DNA of 64,000 nucleotides from Candidatus Oxydemutatoraceae bacterium (GTDB lineage Bacteria; Pseudomonadota; Gammaproteobacteria; Poriferisulfidales; Oxydemutatoraceae), in assembly GCA_965219575.1 (NCBI GenBank), contig OZ244779.1:1804769-1868768 (forward strand), in the 5' to 3' direction. Both the position numbers and the translations under genes were made by a program. This document shows, in pieces, positions 51,459 to 64,000 of the stretch. The first letter of the stretch is position 1, and each line of letters begins with the position of its first letter. The notes below the pieces were generated by a model. That model had not been told where the DNA came from. It saw only the letters and a program-made list of their open reading frames with translations, and did no database searches.

Positions 51459-52721
51459 ATGAGTAAAGCAAACATTCTTTACGCACAGTCCGGAGGGGCA
51501 ACAGCCGTTATCAACGCGACCGCCTGCGGATTAATAGAAACCGCCCGAAGCTACTCCGATAAGATAGACAAAGTATATGCTGCGCACAACGGTATACTCG
51601 GCGTTCTCAACGAAGAGTTGATCAACACCGGTAATGAAAGCGATAAAAGCATTATGGCTTTGAAACATACACCGGGAAGTGCCTTCGGTACTTGCCGCTA
51701 TAAACTTAAAGGAATAGAGGAGGATAAAGCACAATATCAAAGATTGATTGAAGTGTTCAAAGCGCATGATATCCGCTATTTCTTTTATAACGGTGGGGGA
51801 GATTCGCAAGATACCAGTCTTAAAATCTCTCAAATCGGGCAATCTTTCGGCTATCCTATAAACTGTATCGGTATACCCAAGACCATAGATAACGATTTAC
51901 CGCTCACCGATTGCTGTCCGGGATTCGGAAGTGTTGCAAAATATATCGCAACCTCGGTACGAGAAACTGCGCTCGATGTCGCCGGGATGGCTTCTACTTC
52001 AACCAAGGTGTTCGTTTTGGAAGTAATGGGCAGACACGCCGGTTGGATTGCAGCGGCATCCGGACTTGCACGCTCCTCCCAGCGAGATGCGCCACACTTG
52101 ATTTTACTCCCCGAAGTGCCGTGGCACGAATCAAGAGCTCTGGCAAAAATTAAGCGACAAGTTGAATACAGAGGTTATTGCGTGGTTGTCGCATCGGAAG
52201 GATTAAGAGATAGAGAAGGTAGATTCCTCTCCGAAAGTGGTACGCACGATGCTTTCGGACATGCACAGTTAGGTGGCGTAGCACCTTTGATTGCAAAAAT
52301 CGTCAAAAATAAGCTGGGGTACAAATGCCATTGGGCGGTATCCGACTATCTGCAACGCTCGGCGCGTCATATTGCGTCTCGTACCGATGTGGAACAGGCT
52401 TATACATTGGGACGGCAAGCGATAGAATTCGCACTTGCCGGGCATAATGCGGTGATGTTGACCATCGTTAGGTTGTCGGACAAACCGTACCTATGGAAAG
52501 TCGGTTCGGTCGATCTGAGTAAAGTTGCCAACCGTGAATACACTCTGCCCAGAGAATACATAAGCAAAGACGGCCTTAGTACTACGGCTGCTTGCGATAA
52601 CTACATACGCCCGTTGATAGACGGCGAGGATTATCCTCCTTATGAAAAAGGCCTGCCGAAGTATGTAAAAATGAAAAAAGGCATGATCACCAAACGTTTG
52701 GAAAAATTTGAGATTACTTAA
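51459..52721 (+). CDS. pfp: Phosphofructokinase, probably PPi-dependent
   Basis: QSGG, GGGDS, PKTIDND, EVMGRHAGW. Confidence 0.82.
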   Translation: MSKANILYAQSGGATAVINATACGLIETARSYSDKIDKVYAAHNGILGVLNEELINTGNESDKSIMALKHTPGSAFGTCRYKLKGIEEDKAQYQRLIEVFKAHDIRYFFYNGGGDSQDTSLKISQIGQSFGYPINCIGIPKTIDNDLPLTDCCPGFGSVAKYIATSVRETALDVAGMASTSTKVFVLEVMGRHAGWIAAASGLARSSQRDAPHLILLPEVPWHESRALAKIKRQVEYRGYCVVVASEGLRDREGRFLSESGTHDAFGHAQLGGVAPLIAKIVKNKLGYKCHWAVSDYLQRSARHIASRTDVEQAYTLGRQAIEFALAGHNAVMLTIVRLSDKPYLWKVGSVDLSKVANREYTLPREYISKDGLSTTAACDNYIRPLIDGEDYPPYEKGLPKYVKMKKGMITKRLEKFEIT

Positions 52722-52724
52722 ACT

Positions 52725-53522
52725 ATGGAGGTACAAGAGTATTCAATAGATAAGGAACCACTCTATCTGAGTAGTGCCGACGAAATAGAGGTCTACACCA
52801 AAGCCTCTGCCAATAAATTGCCGGTATTGCTCAAAGGACCTACCGGTTGCGGTAAAACACGCTTTATAGAATATATGGCATGGCGACTTGAAAAACCTCT
52901 GATTACCGTCTCGTGTCACGACGATCTGAGCACATCCGATTTAGTCGGTCGCTATCTACTCAAAGACAACGAAACAACTTGGATAGACGGCCCGCTTACT
53001 CGCGCAGTGCGCTACGGCTGTATTTGCTACTTGGACGAAATCGTAGAAGCACGCAAGGATACCACCGTCGTAATCCATCCTTTGTGCGACGACAGGCGCC
53101 TGTTGGCTATAGAAAAGCGCGGCGAACTGATCTCCGCCGACGATAATTTCTGTATGACGGTCTCTTACAACCCCGGCTATCAGAGTGTACTGAAAAATCT
53201 TAAACAAAGTACGCGGCAACGGTTTGTGGCAATAGAATTCAATTATCCGAACTCCGAAATAGAGCAGGAAATTTTATGCAAGGAAACCGGCATAGATGGC
53301 GAAACGGCAAAAAATTTAGTCCGATTCGCAGAGATGACACGTAATCTGAAAGGCAACGGCTTAGACGAAGGTGCCAGCACTCGCCTTTTGGTGCATACCG
53401 CAAAACTCATTGTGGCGGGCATCGCTGCACCTTCGGCGGTGCAACACTGCATCAGTTATGCCTTAAGCGACGACCCCCATATCTTAAGATCCATAGAGGA
53501 ACTAAGCTCCTCGGTTTTCTGA
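52725..53522 (+). CDS. cbbQ: CbbQ/NirQ/NorQ-family AAA+ ATPase
   Basis: KGPTGCGKTRF, CYLDEIVEAR, SYNPGYQ, KQSTRQRF, STRLLV. Confidence 0.82.
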   Translation: MEVQEYSIDKEPLYLSSADEIEVYTKASANKLPVLLKGPTGCGKTRFIEYMAWRLEKPLITVSCHDDLSTSDLVGRYLLKDNETTWIDGPLTRAVRYGCICYLDEIVEARKDTTVVIHPLCDDRRLLAIEKRGELISADDNFCMTVSYNPGYQSVLKNLKQSTRQRFVAIEFNYPNSEIEQEILCKETGIDGETAKNLVRFAEMTRNLKGNGLDEGASTRLLVHTAKLIVAGIAAPSAVQHCISYALSDDPHILRSIEELSSSVF

Positions 53523-53548
53523 ATCGGCGGTAGCGAAGGTTTCGGTAA

Positions 53549-54775
53549 TTATCGGATAGTGCTTAAAATTCCGTTGCACACCGTCTCGGCGGTTGCCATT
53601 GCCGCAGTCCAGCCTAAAGTGCCGTGCCCGGTATTCAACCATAAACGTCGATGATATGGATTCCCCACATAGGGCAAGTTAGAGGGAGTCGCCGGACGCA
53701 ACCCCGCCCATTCGGTATATCGATTTAACGAAATCTCGGGCATATGGGTGTTCACCCATTGTTTGAGATATGCGACACGGTTCGGATTGATATCGGCATC
53801 GTAGCCGTCAAGTTCGGCGATACCTGCGATACGCAATTTTTGTCCCAAGCGGCTGGCAACGAGTTTGTATTGATCGTCGACCAACGAGACTTTAGGCGCA
53901 TGTGATCTCGATCCGGCATCGCTTAAATCGATGGTGATCGAATAACCTTTGAGTGGATAAATGTTCAGAGATATACCTACTTTTTTTAATAGCATCGGCG
54001 AATGAGCACCCAAACAACACACGGTATGATCGGTAGCAAAGTCGCCTCGATCGCTCTGCACGATAACTTCTCCGGACTTCAATTTGAGGTTTCGCACGCA
54101 AGTGTTATATAAGAATTTTACCCCTTGCGCTCTGCACAGTCGTTCCAGTTCCAAGCAGAAAAGTCTAGCGTCTCCGGTTGCGTCTTCCGGGCTATAGAAA
54201 CCGCCGACGATATTCTCGGAACGAGACTTCAATGCCGGTTCTATTTCTACAATCCGGTCTTTATCGACGGTCTGTCTTATATTCGGTGAAACCCGCCTCA
54301 GCAAAGCCGTTTGACGGGTGGCGATTTTATAAGCGGCGTCATCGACATAGAAATGTAATATCCCTTTTTTTGAAAAATCAAAGTTAATATCGACCTGCTC
54401 GAGTAATCGATAATATAATTCTCGGGAGCGCACACAAATCTCCGCTAAGCGACTCAGATTCGATTCGAAGACCGTGCGGCGGCAATTACGAATAAAGTGA
54501 TAGATCCAACACCATTCGTCCCACGACAAATGCGCCTTAAAAAACAAACCACCTTGTTGCTTGAATAGACTTTTGAATAAATAAGTAAAAGCCGACGAAT
54601 GTGCAATCGGTATTGCATTGCTGACCGACAACTGCGCACCGTTGGCATAACTTGCCCCCAGTGCAGGCTGGGCTTCTCGATCTACGACCGACACATCGAA
54701 ACCTCGAAGGCTCAAACTATAAGCAGTGGTCAGTCCGGCAACACCTGCCCCTAAAACACAAATACGCATATTCAA
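53549..54775 (-). CDS. dadA: D-amino acid dehydrogenase
   Basis: GAGVAG, ASYANGAQLS, YPLKGYS, WAGLRPATP, NTGHGTLGWT. Confidence 0.88.
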   Translation of the reverse strand: MNMRICVLGAGVAGLTTAYSLSLRGFDVSVVDREAQPALGASYANGAQLSVSNAIPIAHSSAFTYLFKSLFKQQGGLFFKAHLSWDEWCWIYHFIRNCRRTVFESNLSRLAEICVRSRELYYRLLEQVDINFDFSKKGILHFYVDDAAYKIATRQTALLRRVSPNIRQTVDKDRIVEIEPALKSRSENIVGGFYSPEDATGDARLFCLELERLCRAQGVKFLYNTCVRNLKLKSGEVIVQSDRGDFATDHTVCCLGAHSPMLLKKVGISLNIYPLKGYSITIDLSDAGSRSHAPKVSLVDDQYKLVASRLGQKLRIAGIAELDGYDADINPNRVAYLKQWVNTHMPEISLNRYTEWAGLRPATPSNLPYVGNPYHRRLWLNTGHGTLGWTAAMATAETVCNGILSTIR

Positions 54776-54850
54776 TTCATCCGGTATTATGGAAATTTAT
54801 ATAAGTAAACCTATGAGTTCACCTTACAATCCTATTATAATTATAAGGTA

Positions 54851-56224
54851 ATGAATAAAGATAAAGTAATTTCTATCGAAGCCCTTTATCGATTGCATCT
54901 AAAAAAATATGATTATCGAGTAGATCCTGCACAGCTAAAGATCGTCGCTCATCTACAAACTATATCGGATCAACTGAATACCCCGGCACCGAAAAAAACC
55001 TGGGCAAGCCGGCTGAAGTCTAAAAATAATCGCCGTCTCTCGGAAACTCGGCCTATCCGAGGGCTTTATTTAAGGAATTATATACTTAAATACATAACTG
55101 ATCAATGAAAGCTATATAAATCAGGGGTTATTTAAGGTTTTATTTATTTTAATTTTGTGACACAATGATACATAAATAACCTATGGAGATAAAAAGAGGT
55201 GTTGCTAAAGCCTACCCTGATCGCACAAAGCATTAGAACAAAAACCCCACAAATAAGGAACTAAATACTCGCTTTAAGCTAGAGAAGCGAGAGTGATTTA
55301 TGTATTTAAGTATATAATTCCCTTTATTTATGGGGCGGCGTCGGCAGAGGTAAGACCTATATGCTCGATTTTTTCTACGAAGTGTTGTCGGTCGATAAAA
55401 AACGACGGCTTCATTATTACCAATTCATGCAGGAGGTTCACGATTCTCTGAAAAAATTAACGAAGCAAAAAAATCCTTTGAGAATTATTGCCGAAGACTT
55501 GGCCGGTCGAGTGCGGGTATTATTCTTGGACGAGTTTTTTGTATCCGACATCACCGATGCAATGATCCTTTATCGCTTACTTGCCGCTTTATTCGAATGT
55601 CAAATCGTGCTCCTCACTACCTCTAATTTTGCGCCCGAAGACTTATATAAAGACGGTTTGCAGCGTGCGCGTTTTTTGCCGGCCATTGCGTTGATAGAGC
55701 GTCATACCGAAGTCGTGGCAATGCAGACAGGTGTTGATTATCGCTCGCTACATATCAAAAATTCCGGTAGCTATCATGTGCCTTACAACGAACGATCGGA
55801 GGCTTTAATGAGACAGTGTTTCACTGCGCTCGATTGCGGAAATGCCGATAGCAATCGCTCTATAGAGATAAACGATCGCAACATCAAGGTGGTGATGCGC
55901 GCACCCGATGTCGTTTGGTTCGAGTTCGAAGAGCTTTGTCAAACACCGCGCTCGGTAGCCGACTATATTATGATCGCACGCCTCTACCATACCGTTTTAA
56001 TATCCGGAGTTCCGATATTCAACCACCGAGACGATGCGGCTCGCCGCTTCATACAACTGGTCGACGAGTTCTACGATAAAAATGTAATCCTGGTGCTATC
56101 GGCACAAGCGCAGGCTCGCGAGCTATATCGAGCAGGTCGTTTGAGATTTGAGTTCGATAGAACCGTTAGCCGACTCTTGGAAATGCAAAGTTTGAAATAC
56201 TGGTCTAATGCCCGCACCCGATAG
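54851..56224 (+). pseudogene. zapE: ZapE/AFG1-family ATPase interrupted by a MITE
   Basis: Removing 55073-55330 restores RGLYLWGGVGRGKTYMLD; FLDEFFVSDITDAMIL, TSN and RRFIQLVDEFYD are present downstream. Confidence 0.9.
55073..55322. mobile_element. 250-bp MITE with IS1595-type ends
   Basis: 25-bp TIR (A/G)GGAATTATATACTTAAATACATAA; 8-bp TSD TTTATTTA (55065-55072 / 55323-55330). Confidence 0.92.
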
Positions 56225-56235
56225 CGGTGTCGTAT

Positions 56236-57186
56236 TCATAGGCACTTGCCCAGTGATGTATCTTTGATGATTTGTTTTGCAATGTGCTCGGGTGAAACCG
56301 TATCGACCGCATAGCGCGTGATAATCGGCAGCCTTCGCATCCAGGTTAGCTGCCGCTTGGCAAATTGGCGGCTTGCAGCCAATGCGGTCCGCACCATCTC
56401 GGAGTAGCCGTAATTCCCGGTTAAATGTTGCCATACTTGGCGATATGCGATCGCTCGCATCGAGGCACTGTGCTCGTCTAAATCTCCTCTTAACATCAAC
56501 GCTGCGACCTCGTCGATTAAACCTCGCTCCAACATATCGTTTAGACGTTGTTCTATACGCCGGTGCATCGTTGTGCGCTCGTCGAAATCGAGTGCGATAT
56601 AGTGTATTGCCCCCGTAGATGTTTCGGGCGGTTGCATTCGGTAGTGGCTCATCGTCCGTTTGCTCTCCGAATAAACACTCAGTGCTCTCAATATACGCTG
56701 CTTATCCTTGGGGTGAATACGAGTTGCGGTTGCCGGATCTATACTTTGTAATTCCTTATATAAATTCTCGGTAGTCTTATGACGTTCTAAAAGTTCTGCT
56801 CGGGTTTCGGGACGAGTTTCGGGCATCGGCGACAAGCCGTTTGCCAATATATTGAAATAAAACATCGTACCACCGACCAGTAGCGGAATACGGCGGCGAC
56901 GGCATATTCGTTTGATTGCACCGAGGGCATCTTTTCTAAATCGTGCAGCGGAATAATATTCGTCGGGTTCTATGATATCTATTAAGTGGTGAGGTATGCG
57001 GGTGCGTATCTGCGCCTCGGGCTTCGCCGTTCCTATATCCATGGTCTTATAAACCAATGCCGAATCGACGCTGACAATCTCGACGGGAAGCCGCTTTGCA
57101 ATCTCGATCGCAACCGTACTTTTACCGCCTGCGGTAGGGCCGACCAAACATATTAGCTCATCGTGTGCATCACCCGGTGCTTGCAT
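56236..57186 (-). CDS. miaA: tRNA dimethylallyltransferase
   Basis: GPTAGGKS, SVDSALVY, DIGTAKP, VGGTMFY, RQFAKRQLTW. Confidence 0.95.
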   Translation of the reverse strand: MQAPGDAHDELICLVGPTAGGKSTVAIEIAKRLPVEIVSVDSALVYKTMDIGTAKPEAQIRTRIPHHLIDIIEPDEYYSAARFRKDALGAIKRICRRRRIPLLVGGTMFYFNILANGLSPMPETRPETRAELLERHKTTENLYKELQSIDPATATRIHPKDKQRILRALSVYSESKRTMSHYRMQPPETSTGAIHYIALDFDERTTMHRRIEQRLNDMLERGLIDEVAALMLRGDLDEHSASMRAIAYRQVWQHLTGNYGYSEMVRTALAASRQFAKRQLTWMRRLPIITRYAVDTVSPEHIAKQIIKDTSLGKCL

Positions 57187-57195
57187 CTGCGGTAT

Positions 57196-59025
57196 TTATT
57201 GCCCTCTCTTAAATAGTTTATCCAAGTGTTTTATGCTCAGTTGCAACCACGTAGGGCGACCATGGTTGCATTGACCGCTACGCTCGGTTGATTCTATATC
57301 GCGCAATATCACATTCATCTCGTCCAAGGATAATTTACGGTTGGCACGCACCGCACCACCGTGGCAAGCCATCGCAGATAATACATCGTCGATACGATCT
57401 TCTATACGCCGAGACGAGTCGTTGTGCATAAAATCGGCCAATACATCGAGCAATAATCGGCTGAGATCAATTTCTTTTAACAACGAAGGCACTCGCCTAA
57501 TTCTCAGTCTACACAAGCCGATACGTTCTACGCTCAAACCGATTTTTTCCAATGTCTCGGTATGCAGTTCGCATAGGTCGGCTTCCCTTTCACTTACTTC
57601 CAAGGTTTCCGGAACGAGCAGAGGCTGCGAGTGTATGCCTTGCTTTTGATAGGCTTCTTTGAGACGCTCGTAGACTATACGCTCGTGTGCGGCGTGCATA
57701 TCGACTATCACAAAACCGTCGGCATTTTGTGCGATGATGTAAATACCGTGCACTTGGCAAACCGCCTCACCCAGAGGTAGCATTGCTTGATTTTCGATAG
57801 TCGGGGCGGAAGACTCGGTCTGCGTATAGCCGGTCATCGGTTGGATACGCTCGGTGACTTGCTTATAAAAATCCCGACCCGATTGATCGCCACCTCGTCT
57901 ACCCACGAATAAGTTTAGGTGCGGCTGCCCGGCCTTTTTAACCGTCGCTTTATGCAAAAAGTTATCGTTTTGCAATGTGCCTTGGTACTCGGCTAAATTC
58001 GGTACCGTCTCGGGTGATATTCGGGCAAGTGCGCGTTGGGTGGCAATACGCACAAAATCGTGTACCAATCTTTGGTCGTGAAAGCGTACTTCGTGTTTTG
58101 CAGGATGTACGTTTACGTCTACCTTAGTTGCAGCGATATCCAAATACAAAATATAACAAGGATGTCGGTCTTGATACAGTACATCGTTATACGCTCGACG
58201 CACCGCATGGGCGAGCGTCTTATCGCGCACGACCCGTCCGTTGACATAGCAATACTGCATATCGGGCTGACTACGCGCAATGGTCGGTAATCCGAACCAA
58301 CCGGAAATTGCCAGGTCTTCTATACTTTCCGAAAACCGGATATTTTGTTCGGCAAAAGCCTTACCGAGTATTTTTTTCAAACGCGAGTGTAATTCGGTCT
58401 TACTCTCGGTCTTAGGAAAATGGAATATCGTTTTACCGTTATGCTCGAGTACGAGTTCGACATCATGGCGCACAAGTGCAATGCGGTACAGAAACTGCTG
58501 TATATGAGAAAATTCGGTGCGTTCGGTTTTGAGAAACTTTCGTCTCGCCGGTATATTAAAAAACAAATCCTCGACCGTCACCGTCGTGCCCTTACTGTGT
58601 GCCGTAGGGACGACCTGGTCGGCGGTAGCGTCCCCTCCGTCGACCACGATTTGATGTCCGTGTTCTTTCTCGGATGTATTGGAACTTAATGTCAGACGCG
58701 ACACCGAGGCAATACTCGGTAAGGCTTCGCCTCTAAATCCAAACTGCTTGATCGCCATTAAATCTTCTACACCGGAAATTTTGCTGGTTGCATGGCGCGA
58801 CAGTGCCAATGTCAACTGCTCGGCGGGAATACCGTCTCCGTTATCGCCGACTTCTATAGACTTAGAACCGCCGCGCTCTATTTTAACCACAATCCGATTC
58901 GCGTCGGCATCCAAACTGTTTTCTACCAATTCTTTGACAATGGATACCGGACGTTCTATTACTTCGCCGGCGGCGATTTGATTGACGAGCTGAGACGGTA
59001 AAACTTTGATAGTACTTAGAACCAT
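57196..59025 (-). CDS. mutL: DNA mismatch repair protein
   Basis: NQIAAGEVIERP, GFRGEAL, DMHAAHER, CNHGRP. Confidence 0.96.
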   Translation of the reverse strand: MVLSTIKVLPSQLVNQIAAGEVIERPVSIVKELVENSLDADANRIVVKIERGGSKSIEVGDNGDGIPAEQLTLALSRHATSKISGVEDLMAIKQFGFRGEALPSIASVSRLTLSSNTSEKEHGHQIVVDGGDATADQVVPTAHSKGTTVTVEDLFFNIPARRKFLKTERTEFSHIQQFLYRIALVRHDVELVLEHNGKTIFHFPKTESKTELHSRLKKILGKAFAEQNIRFSESIEDLAISGWFGLPTIARSQPDMQYCYVNGRVVRDKTLAHAVRRAYNDVLYQDRHPCYILYLDIAATKVDVNVHPAKHEVRFHDQRLVHDFVRIATQRALARISPETVPNLAEYQGTLQNDNFLHKATVKKAGQPHLNLFVGRRGGDQSGRDFYKQVTERIQPMTGYTQTESSAPTIENQAMLPLGEAVCQVHGIYIIAQNADGFVIVDMHAAHERIVYERLKEAYQKQGIHSQPLLVPETLEVSEREADLCELHTETLEKIGLSVERIGLCRLRIRRVPSLLKEIDLSRLLLDVLADFMHNDSSRRIEDRIDDVLSAMACHGGAVRANRKLSLDEMNVILRDIESTERSGQCNHGRPTWLQLSIKHLDKLFKRGQ

Positions 59026-59077
59026 AAGATTACCTTAATAGAATATAATGTAGCTCACACTAACTGCTAAATTATAC

Positions 59078-59905
59078 ATGAATATCACCCGAATTTATCC
59101 CGAACATGAAAAATACGAATGGTCTCGAGGCATCTATTTGGACGACCCGTTCTTATCCGATAGCGATAGCCCCATCGTTTATTCCAACTTCTTGACCAGT
59201 TTGGACGGGCGTATTGCGATAGCCGAAGACAAACCGATGTTGCTACCGGAACAACTTACCAGCAATACCGATCATCGATTGTTCTTGGAATTGCAAGCAC
59301 AAGCCGATTGCCTCATTACCCACGGTGGTTATCTACGCGCATTAGCGGCGGGACATCTGAACAACATCTTGCATATCGGGCACACCGAAGCACATGCCGA
59401 TCTAGCCGACTGGCGTTCGCAACGAGGCTTATCCGAACAGCCGCTCGTCGTTGTCTGTAGCAATACGCTCGAGTTCCCCATGCCGGCCGGCCTAGCTAAA
59501 AAAAATATCTGGATTGCAACGAGCGATAACGGCAACGAACGACGAATTCGAACATGGAAAAAACAAGGTTATAAAGTCGTCGTTGCCGGTAGACGGCGTG
59601 TCGAAGGGGGGGCAATCACAAAACAATTAATCCAAGCCGGCTACCGTCGCCTGTATCTATGCGCAGGACCGGAATTACTCGAGTCGTGCCTGAGCGATCG
59701 CTGCCTTACATTACACTATATGACGCTGTCTATGCAGTTTGTAGGATGCTCGGAGTTCTTGACGATGATCGCAGGTCATTCGGACTTAAAACACTACCGC
59801 TTGCAACTGATGCGGCTGATATTAAACGAAAACCCCATAGCAGAGAGTAATTCGGATGTAGATCAGCTTTATCTAACGTTTAAGGTTCGCTATCTTGAAC
59901 CTTAA
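59078..59905 (+). CDS. RibD C-terminal / dihydrofolate reductase-like protein
   Basis: YSNFLTSLDGRIA...D.RLF..LQAQAD; GPELL. Confidence 0.65.
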   Translation: MNITRIYPEHEKYEWSRGIYLDDPFLSDSDSPIVYSNFLTSLDGRIAIAEDKPMLLPEQLTSNTDHRLFLELQAQADCLITHGGYLRALAAGHLNNILHIGHTEAHADLADWRSQRGLSEQPLVVVCSNTLEFPMPAGLAKKNIWIATSDNGNERRIRTWKKQGYKVVVAGRRRVEGGAITKQLIQAGYRRLYLCAGPELLESCLSDRCLTLHYMTLSMQFVGCSEFLTMIAGHSDLKHYRLQLMRLILNENPIAESNSDVDQLYLTFKVRYLEP

Positions 59906-59914
59906 CTTTGCTCA

Positions 59915-62406
<2,492 letters not shown>

Positions 62407-62572
62407 TGATGTAATTTAACATTTACTTGTTAAGTTATCTGTATAATTCCCTTTTTTTCATAGTAGCTTACTGTCGCATACCGAACGCATAAGCAAATTA
62501 TAGCCTCAACTCTATATCGCAGCCATGAAAACTTTGATGGGTTGTCAAAAATGTAGATGATAGAATACGCAC

Positions 62573-63271
62573 ATGGAAGTCAATGCACAACAACAGGAAT
62601 TGGATAAGTTCGAATCGTCGGCGATGAGTTGGTGGGAACCCGAGGGTGTATTCAAAACACTGCATGTCATCAATCCGGTGCGCGCCGAGTATATCGCTAC
62701 ACGCACGCCCCTCAAAAATAAAAAGGTCTTGGATATAGGTTGCGGCGGTGGTTTGTTATGCGAAGCTATGGCACATAGAGAAGCCGAGGTGGTCGGTATC
62801 GATTTGGGCAAAGCCTCGCTCGAGACCGCTCGCTTGCATCTGCACGAATCCAAGCTGACTATCGATTACCGACATGCGAGTGCCGAGCAACACGCCGAAC
62901 AACGAATGGATTACTACGATATAGTCACCTGTATGGAACTTTTGGAACATGTACCCGATCCGCAATCCGTAGTTTCCGCTTGTATTCGCGCAGCCAAACC
63001 GGGCGGTGATGTGTTTTTCTCGACAATCAACCGTACATCGAAGGCTTATTTACTGGCAATCGTGGTGGCGGAATATTTGCTGAAACTACTTCCTAAAGGG
63101 ACACACGATTATCAAAAGTTAATCAAACCCTCGGAACTTGCAGCGATGGCGAAACAAAACAACGCAACTGTCTGCGATATCACGGGAATGCACTATTTAC
63201 CTTTTTTAGACAGAGCGGTTTTGGGGGACAGACCCGATGTCAACTACCTGATGCATTGTCGATGCCCCTGA
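62573..63271 (+). CDS. ubiG: Ubiquinone biosynthesis O-methyltransferase
   Basis: WWEPEG, LHVINPVR, LDIGCGGG, CMELLEHVPDP, STINR. Confidence 0.95.
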   Translation: MEVNAQQQELDKFESSAMSWWEPEGVFKTLHVINPVRAEYIATRTPLKNKKVLDIGCGGGLLCEAMAHREAEVVGIDLGKASLETARLHLHESKLTIDYRHASAEQHAEQRMDYYDIVTCMELLEHVPDPQSVVSACIRAAKPGGDVFFSTINRTSKAYLLAIVVAEYLLKLLPKGTHDYQKLIKPSELAAMAKQNNATVCDITGMHYLPFLDRAVLGDRPDVNYLMHCRCP

Positions 63272-63936
63272 AATCTTTACACGCAATTCTATTTGATTTG
63301 GACGGCACGCTGATAGATACAGCCGGCGATTTAATCAAATCTCTAAACATTTTATTAGAAAAAAAGGGTCTCGCTGCCAGAAATATCGCAGCGATGCGAC
63401 CTCATGCCGGGCAAGGCAGCTACTCACTAATAAAAGCCGCTTTCGGTGATAGTTATGATGAGATCGAACGCGAGCAGCTGTCGTCGGAGTTTATAGAAAT
63501 CTATAGAACACACCTGCACGATACCGCGAGCTTATTCCCGGGAACAATCGCAACGATAGCAAAAATCAAAGACCGAGGAATGCAATGGGGAATTGTAACG
63601 AATAAATCCGAGCGTCTTTCGGTGCCGATATTGCAAAAACTAGGGCTATACGATTCTGCCGATTGTTTGGTCTACGGCGATACGACAGATCAAAAAAAAC
63701 CGCACCCTCGACCGTTGTTGTGCGCTGCGAGACAGCTCGATATACCTCCCCGACACTGTGCTTATTTGGGCGACACGCTAAACGACATGACTGCAGCAAT
63801 CAGTGCGGGCATGTGCGCGCTCGCAGTGTCCTACGGTTATCATGTCAAGGAAGTCGATATTTCCGAATGGGGCGCAGCAGCGATTTTTGATACGCTACCG
63901 GAACTCATCGATTGGATCGACCGTACTTTCTCTTAA
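63262..63936 (+). CDS. gph: Phosphoglycolate phosphatase-like HAD hydrolase
   Basis: FDLDGTLID, VTNK, KPHP, GDTLND; follows ubiG. Confidence 0.85.
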   Translation: MPLKSLHAILFDLDGTLIDTAGDLIKSLNILLEKKGLAARNIAAMRPHAGQGSYSLIKAAFGDSYDEIEREQLSSEFIEIYRTHLHDTASLFPGTIATIAKIKDRGMQWGIVTNKSERLSVPILQKLGLYDSADCLVYGDTTDQKKPHPRPLLCAARQLDIPPRHCAYLGDTLNDMTAAISAGMCALAVSYGYHVKEVDISEWGAAAIFDTLPELIDWIDRTFS

Positions 63937-64000
63937 GCCGGTAGCTCACTCAGGGCGATGTTTTACAGAACCTTAACGTGCGACTAAGGCAAACATTACC

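Overview
Chromosomal window of a gammaproteobacterium-like genome. A marine or host-associated lifestyle is inferred from the giant GLUG/cadherin-like surface proteins, AcuI and a BacNav channel. Core genes are fhcBADC, asnB-like, nnr-tsaE-amiB, gltA, metX-family, hisD, aroG, purEK, ptrB, adk, PPi-type pfk, cbbQ-like, dadA, miaA, mutL, serS, ubiG and gph. They are interleaved with AT-rich accessory genes and a dense set of small repeats. The best candidate for a new system is a catalytically intact TnpB (61198-62406) enclosed by 24-bp terminal inverted repeats starting GGGAATTATA (61193-62451). These ends look like IS1595-family DDE element ends rather than IS200/IS605 hairpin ends, and the element abuts the serS start codon. 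A 250-bp MITE with the same terminal motif and an 8-bp target duplication splits zapE, and a complete IS1595 splits a >2,650-aa adhesin-like gene. Also notable: a conserved motif 95-121 nt upstream of five accessory ORFs, modular nested REP/MITE cassettes, and a decayed defence island (GmrSD, type III Res stub, HEPN-MNT). All family assignments come from motif recognition, not database searches.
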